DNA of 63,935 bases, counting the filler, from Pirum gemmata (Eukaryota): the NCBI GenBank assembly GCA_002812295.1. It is 17 parts of 17 records of this genome, joined end to end, with 100 filler letters (N's around TTAATTAATTAA, not from the genome) between each part and the next. Parts side by side here need not be neighbours in the genome. Positions count along the whole stretch, not along the records: positions 1 to 3,509 come from PDIN01002415.1; positions 3,610 to 7,117 come from PDIN01002417.1; positions 7,218 to 10,729 come from PDIN01002418.1; positions 10,830 to 14,320 come from PDIN01002419.1; 13 more parts are not named here. The stretch is one strand, 5' to 3'. Below are positions 1 to 11,240 of this stretch, one piece after another; within the stretch, counting starts at the first letter, position 1, and the number at the start of each line of letters is the position of its first letter. The position numbers were made by a program, and so were the translations under genes. The notes beneath the pieces are model-generated. The model saw only the letters and a program-made list of their open reading frames with translations, ran no database searches and was not told where the DNA came from.

Positions 1-533
1 GCTAGTTCTACCAGACTGTTCTACCCCTGTGGACTGTCTAGCTAGCTAGCTATCCGATAGCTACTAGCTCTATTAATTATTAATTAAAGTAGACGTCGAC
101 CCTGGGGGGGGGGGGGGGTCTAGCTAGCTAGCTAGCTATCATACGTTAGGGTTAGGGTTAGGGTGCTGAGGGGTTAGGGTGATAGGAACTGTGATACTAG
201 CTAGCTAGCTAGTGTCTATCAAGTGCTTTTCTGTAATAAATAGTATGATACCAAATTAATACAATATAAATCCATTTAATTTAATTTGGTAAATTTTATT
301 ATTTATATATTGATTTAAAAATGTCAATTTAAAGATTATTACCCTCCAAATAAATATTCAGAGTGACAAAATAAAAGAAAAGCACGATAGACTATGATAG
401 TATCATATCTTTCTAAACTAACTATATGATATTATCATACCAAGCCAAAAAATCTCAAAATGATCCAAAGTACACACTACCAATATCGTCTAACTGAAAA
501 AACTCCATTATGAGCCAATGGCTAGTATCATAA

Positions 534-655
534 GGGAGCGTTCCGGTCAAATACAGCTTCAAATACCCTTACCTACCTACCCCTCGACTTTAATTTCCGG
601 TCAAATACCACCTACCTACCTGCCCCTTGACGTGACGTATTATTTGAACGCTCCC
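534..655. mobile_element. PIF/Harbinger-type MITE family C (terminal inverted repeat GGGAGCGTTC, TAA target duplication)
   Basis: TAA|GGGAGCGTTC...GAACGCTCCC|TAA. Partial copies at about 22680-22799, 27390-27525, 40330-40378 and 46536-46632. Confidence 0.85.
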
Positions 656-2334
656 TAAGGAATCATCCATAATAAAAAGGACTCACCTAATCTTATTTAT
701 ACCTCTTTGTCCAAAACACTTTTGGTCATAATTTTAAAGTTCATTTTAATAATTAATTACTGGCCTAAAACAGTTTAAGTCACACTTTTGAGCAATGACT
801 TTTATCAAAGAATAAGTGACGGTCCTTTATGAATGTTCCCACACTCTACTCAGCTAGTAGCTAGACTACTAAAGTAGCCCGGTTATCGTACTCTCTGCCT
901 ATCATAGCTAAACTATCATACATAGACCCCCCCTAATACTCTAGCTAGACCTAACTATGATAATGTGCTTTTATGTTATTTTTCTATGATAGCTAGACTA
1001 TAGCTTATTAGAGATGACTCTCACAGTGAAGAAAATCACGTGCAGTCACAGAGCTTGGAAATAAAATTTTTCACTGAAAATTGACAAACAAAGTGGAACT
1101 TTAGCAGACTTTTATTGTTATGACTATATTATGATAGCAGAGAATATGCCCCCTGATCATACTACTAGCTAGTATCAATAGTCTACTGAGGATCACAGTG
1201 TCATCACACTACTGCCCTGTAGTCTACCCCCCCCCCAACCCCCTCTCTGCCCAAAGAGTTCGATAGTGAGATAGGCTACTACTAGCTACTAGAGTAGTAT
1301 CAATAGTGAGATAGTCTATCGATACCAGACTAACTAGACTAATACGACCATTTTAATTAATTAAACTATGATAGCTAGAAACTTTCAATTAATTATCGTG
1401 CTTTTCAGTTGTTTTGTCATTATAAAATATACAATAAAGAGTACCAAATTAATACAATATAAATCCATAATAATTAATTTGGTATGTTTTATTATCTATT
1501 TATTAATTTAAAAAAGTCAATTTAAATATTATATCCAACCAAATAAATTCTTGGAGTGACAAAATAAATTTTAGAGTATCGTCTATTTCATTACAGTCGC
1601 CCCCTCATGGATCACTCTTTAATTTGGTACTGTTTAAGTGTATAATTGAACTTGTTTATAAAATAAAATATTATGTATAAAATACCAAATTAATTAAAAC
1701 ATGTCCGATAGTTTAGCCATAATAACAATTTGGTATCTTTATTTCAGTTTTTGAACTGGACAACATGATAACTACTACTTACTACTACAACTAACTAGTC
1801 TACCTTACAGTCTTATTATAGTAGAGACCATTATTTACATATAAAACTATCATAATAATATTATTATTATCATCTTTGCTGCTGCTCTAGCTAGCTAGCT
1901 AGTTGTTTGTAGTCTTATAATTTATTAGAAATAATAATAATAGTCTTATCGATAATAAATAAATGACAGTAGAGTCTGTAGACTATAATATTAATAAGTA
2001 TATTAATCAATATGATAGCTAAAAATGTTAGGGAAATTACTGAGAGGTAAACTAAATAACGATATAATAATTATGATATTTATTTATTTATGATATTTAT
2101 ATTAGCATTTATGATAAAATTAATCAAATACCATGGCCATGTTAGTCTAGTGCTATCGATACATACATAGTCTAACTGATGCGATTGATAGCTAGCATAG
2201 ACCCTGGTATAGCTACTATCATAATAATTATGATAATCATACTATTATTAATATATATACACACTACTACTGTATTGTTGCTCCAGTAATATATAGCCAG
2301 TTTTAATGTTTTAATAAATAATAATATGGAAGTT

Positions 2335-2474
2335 TAACAGTAGTGAATAGTAGTAGTATACGTAGTATTAATATATATACGCAGTAGTATTAATAGTAGT
2401 AGTGATAATCGTAGTAGCAGTAGTAGCAGTAGTAGTAGTAGTAATAATAGTAGTAGCAATGGTAGTAGTAGCTA

Positions 2475-2506
<32 letters not shown>

Positions 2507-2730
2507 ATAGTAGTGTACGTAGTAGTAGTAGCTATAGTAGTAGTGGTAGTAGTAGTAGTAGCAGCAGTAGTAGTAGTAGTAGCAGTAGTAGTAGTAATAG
2601 TAGCTCTAATTAATAGTATTGGTATTAACTAGGGTATTAACTCTAGTAATATTAATAGTAGTATTACCAGATAGTAGTACACATAGTAGTAGTATACATA
2701 GCAATAGTATACGTATCAGATAGTAGTATA
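2335..2730. repeat. (GTA)n microsatellite region
   Basis: Directly visible. It explains the poly-Val ORF at 2402-2632. Confidence 0.9.
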
Positions 2731-2732
2731 GA

Positions 2733-2846
2733 GTTAGGGTTAGGGTTAATGGGTTAGGGTTAGGGTTAGGGTTAGGGTTAGCGTTAGTAGGGTTAGGGTT
2801 AGGGTTAGGGTTAGGGTTAGCGTTAGCGTTAGGGTTAGCGTTAGGG
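2733..2846 (+). repeat. Interstitial telomeric-type (TTAGGG/TTAGCG)n tract
   Basis: Similar tracts at about 146-180, 3350-3373, 11566-11710, 14165-14285, 15895-15920, 25040-25080, 32793-32816, 60951-61032 and 61285-61355. Confidence 0.9.
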
Positions 2847-3509
2847 TAGTAGTAGTAGTAGTAGTAGTAGCCACGATAAAATCTAATTTATATCATATCA
2901 TAATTTTCATAGTTTGGGGTAGTCTAGTTAGTTAATTAAAACAACAAAAGCATAATAATATTTAATTAAAATTAAAATAAAAAAACTGATATAGGTGGGG
3001 AGTACTCTGTGTAAAATACTACAGACTCAGAGCAGTCTCAGAAATCTAGAAATGGAATTAGTCTATGGATCAGAGCACTAGTACTAGTAGTAGAGTTTAC
3101 GATGGACTAGTTGAGTTTTTTAAAGGCGCAGATGTCCAAAAAAGCTTAAAGATTCCAAAACTGGACAACACAAAAAACAAGAACCAAGCAAGAAACTAAA
3201 ATTTACACATCTGGGCTAAAAGTTCTAAACCAAAATAAGAACAAACCAAAAATAGAAAACGATCAAGTTAAAAACTACTAACATTGTTCTTTTAATAATT
3301 TTTTTGTCGAGAAAAAGCTTCAAACAAGGAATATATATAATATCAATAGAACCCTAACCCTAACCCTAACCCTGGGGTTTAAAATAAATTTATCGATATT
3401 TCGAATCTTTTAAAAAACCATGAAAAGTTGGTCTTTTTATGTAGCCGGGATATAAAGAAAAGAAGAAAAAAGAAAAAAAAAAAACAGAAAAAAGAAAAAA
3501 AAAAAAAAA

Positions 3510-3609
3510 NNNNNNNNNNNNNNNNNNNNNNNNNNNNNNNNNNNNNNNNNNNNTTAATTAATTAANNNNNNNNNNNNNNNNNNNNNNNNNNNNNNNNNNN
3601 NNNNNNNNN
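3510..3609. other. Artificial contig-joining linker (N-run, TTAATTAATTAA, N-run); first of 16
   Basis: Identical 100-nt spacer carrying stops in all six frames. It recurs starting at 7118, 10730, 14321, 17950, 21337, 24940, 31248, 36161, 39768, 43393, 46991, 50617, 54218, 57841 and 62111. Confidence 0.97.
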
Positions 3610-3728
3610 TATGTATATATATATATATTATATGTACATAATATATATATATAGTGGGTTGTGTGTGTGTGTGTGTGTGTGTGCCATATCAATAACAATA
3701 ATCACAATAGTACTACTACTAATATAAC

Positions 3729-3772
<44 letters not shown>

Positions 3773-3787
3773 GATTTAAAACAAAAA

Positions 3788-6700
3788 ATGGAAGATGAAT
3801 TACAAATACAAGGAAAAAAACTCCTCACTACCAACAATGTTGATGGCATTGAAAATGTAACAAATGAAAATGAAGATAGTGAGGCATCGCTAAGAGATAA
3901 GAGTCAAGCAAGCTTGACAGATCGCATCGGCTTTTTCGAAAGTGGTCAACCACAAACTCAAAATCAGCAACAATTACGTCCCCATAAACCTGTAAAATTG
4001 CCTTATAAATTTGAAGAGATGGGGGCAGACTATCTGGATGTTTTAATCGAGAAGCGTATGCTTGAGCTACGTGAAAGTGAGGAAAGTAAAATAGAAAGCA
4101 AAGTTCAGAAAATGTTAAAAGATGAACAAGAGCGTATTGGAGAACTAATAATTGAAAAGGATAAGTTGATATGTGGATTAAAACAATTAAATGATGCATT
4201 AATGAAAGAATGTAAAGCTTTAGAATTGAAAACAATACAATTATATCCGGATGGTGCTGGTGTTAAAGATGAAAAAAATGACAGAAAAGACAGTGGCGAT
4301 AACAATAACAATACTGTTTTTAATACAGATAAGAATAATGATACAACTGAATCTAGTGATAGTAATACTGATACTAATATCAATGATAAAAAACATGATA
4401 ATGATATTATTGGCACTAATAAGGATAACAATGTTGAAGATGCCAACGTCAATAATAATAATAATAATAATACTAATACTAACGACATTAATGGAAATGA
4501 TAAAAATAATGATAATAAAAACAATGGTGATGATACTGAAGTTAGAGATATGGATGATGTTGGGAACATAAAAGCATTAAGCAATTATTTTCAGCAGTAT
4601 GAGCAAATCAATCAAATTGTAGAATATATACAATTACAAGAAAGTGTAAGAGAACAAAATAGAAAAGATCGAGCTCAATTTACCCTTAAAATCGATGAAC
4701 TGCAAAAAAAAGTTTTAGAATTGCAACACCGTCAGGATGACTTTATTCTAAACCAACTTCAATACCAAAAGCAACAACAGAAGCTTATTCAACAACAGCA
4801 GTTTCAAAAAGAGCAACAGCAACAAGAGCATTTACAAATGTCACCCCAAATGCTCATTGATAACAATAAAAAGAAAATTTCGAAACATTCGTCCGAACAC
4901 GAAATAACTGGGTCAAGTCCGGAAACGAAAAGAACAAGCAAGCGGGTCATTAATAGTGTGTTAGGTAACACCTTACGACGTGATGATAGCTCGAAGCATA
5001 ACACACGACCTCTCTCTGGAGCTGGCAACAATACTCTTATAATGACAAAAGATTCAGTCCCTACCTCCCCCAAAACAATGACAGCAGACCAACATGATAA
5101 TTTATTATGGAAGTTTCAAATGGGTGGAGATTTAGAGCTATTAGCAAACGTATCGGAAATGGAAGTGAAAAGACAGCAAGCCTTGTTTAGGTTTATTGTT
5201 TCTGAACAAAGATATGTTAGTGAGATGGAACATATAAAAGCTTTATTTTATGACCCGTTAAGCGACAAGGAGATTATGACAAAAGAGCACCGCGACGCTT
5301 TGTTTGGTGATTTTGATCGTTTTTTAGAGACGAACAGGAATTTTTCTTCACAACTCGACGAAGTAGAAAGAACCCAATGGCCAAAAATGGAAGATATCAG
5401 TTCTATTTTGATTGAATTTTATAGTCAAATATTCAGTGTTTATCATGTATGTTTATCAAAATTGAGATCAGTTGCACAAAAACTCCCTTATTTAATCTGC
5501 AGTAATCGACAAATAGCTGATTTAGTATTGAGTATTCGTGCTAAAGAAGGATTTACTGACCACGAGTTAGCTATCGCGTTGATTAAACCATTATCTAGAA
5601 TCCCGCAATATGTTACTATGACAAATGATATCAAAATAGTTACGCCTGAAGATCATCCTAGTTATGAAAATATCTGTACTGCTCACGAACTCGTGGAACG
5701 TGAATTGGGGCGCATTGAATTTTTTTTGAGAAGTGTAATGGAAAAGAAAAAGCTTCAAGAAATAGGTAGTAATTTAGAATGGTATCTGGTACCGATGATG
5801 AATTTGTTTCAAGGTAGCAGAAGGTTGATCAAAGAAGGAAATCTGCACGTTATGTGTATTGAATCAAAACGAGAAGTTCGATCTTACTATGCATTTTTAT
5901 TCAATGATGTCGTGTTATTGACTGCAAAAAGAAAAGTCAAAAATAATAGATGGAGAAATGATTCTATGCAACCGAAAGGTATAGTTGGTTCAGCGAAACC
6001 CTACACCGTCATGATAAGTCCTCTGAGACTTTATACCTCTATTATTGTATCCGATATACCAGTCCATAGTACGCCTCCGCTTCGAATGTCTAGCACTACC
6101 CGAGCACACGGAACATTTAATATAGGTCAGCGAGAAAATAACATTGAAACCAATGCCAATAATGCTTTTGGGACTTTTGCTGGAAGTAGTTCTCCCACCC
6201 CTTCGTCGTCCAACCATTCCAATATATCGTATATAGAATTCAAGCCCTCTTTTCTTCAAACTTACCGTATTTACTTAAGTGGGACCAATAGTAAGTCTTC
6301 AAAAGATCAAGATGACCAAGGTAATGCTGCTTGGGCTGCCATGTTCACTGACCATGTCACTGAAGAAAGTAATCTATTTCAACAACGTACTAGTTTCATT
6401 TCTTCTTGCTGGAGTGAAAATGAAAATGTGGTAAAATATTGTAAAAGTAAAAACGATACTTTAGAAAATCTTTTTGAGGAAAGTGAAATTGCACGACAAG
6501 AGGCTATCCATGCTATTTTGAAAAGTTTGGCTAAATACTCCATTTCCCTGGATAATTTAATCAAACATTTCTTTATCCCTTTTTCCAATCTAGAAAATAT
6601 TGATGTCCGAAGAAAATCAGATTATTCGGAAATTTATCATAAAACGCAAGAATTCTTACGGCATAACTATTCACTGTTGCGTAATATACAGTCCATGTGT

Positions 6701-7000
6701 ACCTCTTCTTCGCCGGCTTTTAATGACATCACTGGCTTTTTATTTCCTTATGTTCAAGCCATAGAACCTTTGTGTGTATCGTACTCTCAGAAGGTATCGA
6801 ATACCATGGGAAAATTGGCAGCATTGAGAGTCAGTTATAATAATTTTGCTTCTCTTTTATCAGATTTATCGATTGATATATTCGGTGAGCATTCACAGCT
6901 CATTAAAATTCTTCGACACCCTACCAATTTAATAGAATTACTTCGGGATTTGATTGAAAAAACACCTTCTGAGCATACGAGTTACAAAAACATTGAAAAG
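3788..7000 (+). CDS. Dbl-family Rho guanine nucleotide exchange factor (coiled coil, Asn/Gln-rich, DH-PH-DH); 3' partial
   Basis: DH start EVKRQQALFRFIVSEQRYVSEM..ALFYDPL and DH CR3-like LIKPLSRIPQY..TPEDHPSY. PH start RRLIKEGNL..YYAFLFNDVVLLT. Second DH-like unit EIARQEAI..FFIPF..LIEKTPSEHTSY. The exon ends at AAG|GTAATT (donor at 7001), followed by a T-rich intron and the contig end. Confidence 0.9.
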
Positions 7001-7086
7001 GTAATTTGTTCATTTATATTTATTTTATTTTATTTCAATTTTCATTTTATTTTTAATTTATTTATTTATTGTTTTGTTTTGTTTTG

Positions 7087-7117
<31 letters not shown>

Positions 7118-9140
7118 NNNNNNNNNNNNNNNNNNNNNNNNNNNNNNNNNNNNNNNNNNNNTTAATTAATTAANNNNNNNNNNNNNNNNNNNNNNNNNNN
7201 NNNNNNNNNNNNNNNNNCCATTTCATTTAATTTGGTATATTTTATTGTATATTTATTTATTTAAAAGTATCAATTTGAATATTATAAACAACCAAATAAA
7301 TATTCGGAGTGACAAAATAAATGAAAATCACAATAGTATTAAAAAGTTAGGAACACACGAGAACAGCTGCGACTTTCGACATACGCATGTATGATAGCTT
7401 GATTTTCACTATTTTTATATGTTTGGTAGTTGGGAAACATTCATAAAGGACTATTCTTTGATAGAAGTCATTGCTCGAAAGTGTGACTTAAACTGTTTTA
7501 GGCAGTAAATAATTATTAATTAAAATGAACTTTAAAATTATGACCAAAAGTGTTTTGGGCAAAGAGGCATAGGTAAGATTAGGTGACGTCCTTTTTATGA
7601 TTCCTTCAATGCACCGTAAAATACCAGGCTCCGTTTAACCTCTCGTTCGCAGTTTAATATATTATAAATTATTTATAATGTTACTTATATTATAGACTAT
7701 TATCAAAAATTATTTGGCTCTGATGTACCGGTTTAATACTCTAATAATAATTTAACTCGGGATCACGAGTCACGACTTGTAGACCTGTAGACTCAGTAGT
7801 GTAAGATTGTAGAGCGTAGACTACAGGGCAGTAGTACATCGTACACGTTGAGTGTATAATATGATACAGTCTTACTGACTCTTATTTAATACAGACTCAG
7901 TGTAGGCTGGATTTTGCTAGGTCCGGGTAATTGTCCAGGTACTTACCAGTGTACTACCGTTATAAAAAAGATTCTGTTTCAAATATTTTTTATAATAATA
8001 TTTTTATCACACCAATAAAGCTTCGACTTCTTCGAGTAAGGGATTTCGGATTGGAGGGATTGGAATGTAGTCAATTATCTAGAGAATCTCCATTTCTTAT
8101 TTTGGAAATTTTAAATTTCCCGGTCCTGAAAATCTCCTGAAAATGAGGCTAGGGCTGAAATCAGTCCTCTGAATTTGAGTCTGAAATCCTTCAGATTCCC
8201 CCTCTTTTTTTTTTGTAGGATTTTCTAGGTAGTCTAGGATTTTCTCTAAAACATGCTGGCATGATGCTGCATCATGCGCTGGACTGCGCTGGCATGATGC
8301 TGCATCATGCGAATGATGCGATGCTGCCGATGCACCTTTCAATTATTTATTTTTATTTTTTTTTTTTTCCTCGATTTTTTCGGAATTTTCGCTAAGGAGA
8401 TGATGGAGATCCCCATGTAAAGTGTAAACAATAAAAATGAGCTCAAAAATCCAAAAAATCTTAAAAAATGACCCAATTTTAATGGAAGTACTACCAAATT
8501 TTGAGAAATCTTCTAACTAAAAACACTCTATTATGAACTAATGGCTAATTTTTAAAAATAATTTGGCTAGCTAGCATTAAAGATTTTTAGAAAACAAGTC
8601 TTTTAAAAAAAAAAAATCATAATAAATATAGTCTAGACTACTATAAAAAATTTTAAATTAAACATCACAATGATAATATTATTATATCGTGCTTTTCAGT
8701 TGTTTTGTCATAATAAAATTTACTAAAAAGAGTACCAAATAAATCCATTTATTTTAATTTGGTATATTTTATTATCTATTTATTCATTTAAAATGTCAAT
8801 AAAAAAAATTATAACCAACCAAATAAATATTCGGAGTGACAAAATAAATGAAAAGCGCTATAATGATGTATAGAATTTAGACCCCGTCCCTACTATAGCT
8901 AGACTCCCTATTAGCTAGCCAGGACCCCGTCCCGTCTATATCATACATCATATCATAGATTCATAATATTATGATAATGATACACTATAAGCATGGTAAT
9001 AAATACTTATTAATTAATATATATACACAGTGTTACACACACATATAATATATATATTATATAAATCTATTTGATGCAATTTGAATAATTTGGCTTATTT
9101 TATTTGTCTTAGTATCAAATCGTGGTCTACTAGTCTACTA

Positions 9141-9377
9141 GTGTCTATTCGTCAGCACGTCATTTTCAAATGACGTTTTATCTCAAATCCAACGTGGTCG
9201 TATTAACACTTTTAAAATTACGCAATTGAGACGAAAAGTATATCATTTGAAAGGAAATTACGTCAATATTATGCAGTGAGCTGATCGTGTCATTCATTCT
9301 CATTTCCCGAAAAGTTTGTCAAAGTAAAACTTCTTTTTGTCATTTAAAAATGACAGCGCTTGCTGACGAATAGAGAC
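9141..9377. mobile_element. TA-flanked MITE-like element (termini GT[G/C]TCTATTCGTCAGCA)
   Basis: TA|GTGTCTATTCGTCAGCA...TGCTGACGAATAGAGAC|TA. Single copy in the window. Confidence 0.7.
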
Positions 9378-10829
9378 TAGCTAGAGGCCTACTACTAGTC
9401 TACTAGCTATCGGATAGCTAGTACTACTAGCTAGCTAGCTAGCTAGTCTGTAGTATGATACTAGTACTACCCTTCAGAAGTCCTTCAGAGTCAGACTCCC
9501 TTCAGAACAGTTCTTTTATCATAGAACATTCCTAACTAGATTTCCGAAAATGGATTCCCTGAGATCCGTTGTATCTCTATTATTATAATTATACCGGTAG
9601 CTGTAGCACTGTAGCTCGCACTGTAGAGTCTAACAGTAGTCTAACTAAGTAGCACTAGTGTAGCACTGTAGGCTGTAGCACTATAGCACAGTGTAGCACT
9701 AAGTCTTTTTATTAAAAAAAAGCTGCACTAATAGCTATTAAACTACAACTATGATACTAATTATACTATCGATACTAGTCTTACTAGCTAGCTAGAGCTA
9801 GCAACTAGTAGCGACTATCTTGTGTTATTCAGTTCAAAACTGAAATTATTTATACGAGATGTATAGACCTAGCTAGTACCAAATTATTCTGATAATATTA
9901 TTATACTATCAGACATAGACTACTTCAAAATTTAGTGTAACTGTAGTAGACTAACTGTAACAAATTAACAATAGTAGACTATTAGCTAGCATGATACTAA
10001 TAGTATACTATTATCTGATAAATCATAATTATTATTATAGTATTGATATCATGTTTTTCAATAGTGTTGTCCAGTTCAAAAACTGAAATAAGCTTACCAA
10101 ATTATAATTAATTGGTCATGTTTTAATTTATTTGATATTTTTATAGTAATTTTATATTTATAAAAAAGTTCAATTATACAATCGAACGGTACCAAATTAA
10201 AGATAAAAAGGACAACTGTAATGAAATAGACGATATCATAGTAGTAGTTGTAGTAGTCCACTACTTAGTTAGTAGTCTGCAGTTATTTTTTTTTTTATTT
10301 ATCACAGTCTATTATGCATAAAAAAATATACATTATACTCCGTTTTCTAGATTGCTATTTTAATGGATTAGATTTCAATATGAAAGCTTAGAATTTTCAT
10401 CTGATAGGTCAGATAGTAGTCTAGCTAGCTAGCTAGCTATGCATAGTATTAGTTTGATAGTCTATTGCCAAAGAGAAAAAAGGCTGTCTACTAGGTCTAC
10501 TACTCTTAGTTAGTATCAGATTCTGATATCGATAGCTACTAGCTAGCTAGCTAGCTAGTTAGTTACGCGCTGCTCCCGGTGGTGGGAGTTAGATAGACTA
10601 GCTAGACTACTGTAGCTAGCTAGCTAGCTCAGCTAGCTCATAATGCTTTTCAATTATTTTGTCGTTATAAAATATACAATAAATAGTACCAAATTAATAC
10701 AATATAAACCCATTTTATTAAATTTGGTANNNNNNNNNNNNNNNNNNNNNNNNNNNNNNNNNNNNNNNNNNNNTTAATTAATTAANNNNNNNNNNNNNNN
10801 NNNNNNNNNNNNNNNNNNNNNNNNNNNNN

Positions 10830-11240
10830 TTTGTTGTTTGCTGTTTGTTGTTTGTTGTTTGTTGTTTGTTAACGTTGTTTGTTGGTTGTTGGTTGTTAAT
10901 TGTTGATTGTTGTTTGGTTGTTGGTTGTTGGTTGTTGGTTGTTGAATGTTGTTTGTTATTTGTTGTTTGTTGTTGATTATTTGTTGTTTGTTGTTGGTTC
11001 ATTTTTGGTTATTGGTTGTTGGTTGTTGGTTGTTGATTGTTGGTTGGTTGTTGGTTGTTGTTGGTTAATTTGGTTATTGTTGGTTGGTTGTTGGTTGTTG
11101 GTTGTTGGTTGATATTTGATTGTTGGTTGTTGGTTGGTTGTTGGTTGTTGTAATTGGTTGTTGTAATTGGTTGGGGTTGTAAATTGGTTGTTGGGTGTTG
11201 GTTTTTTTTATTGTTCATTGTTTATTGTTTGTTGTTTGTA
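10830..11240. repeat. GTTG/GTTT low-complexity repeat
   Basis: Directly visible (TTGTTGG)n-like array. Confidence 0.88.

Noticed and set aside
2733..3373. TTAGGG tracts as true chromosome ends of nanochromosomes
   Set aside because: Most tracts are internal, short, degenerate and inconsistently oriented relative to contig ends. The uniform contig size is better explained by how the contigs were binned.
3554..3565. TTAATTAATTAA recurring about every 3.6 kb as a possible periodic biological motif
   Set aside because: It is always centred in a 100-nt N spacer. It is a six-frame-stop linker added when contigs were concatenated.
3828..6588. Antisense and alternate-frame ORFs overlapping the RhoGEF (similar ones over the 29-30 kb, 33 kb and 51-54 kb genes)
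   Set aside because: They are shadow ORFs of real coding sequence with no independent motifs.
7001..7165. Hydrophobic Phe-rich C-terminal tails on ORFs (also at 29215-29339, 32316-32461 and 43546-43735) as transmembrane segments
   Set aside because: They are read-through into T-rich introns after clear GT donors.
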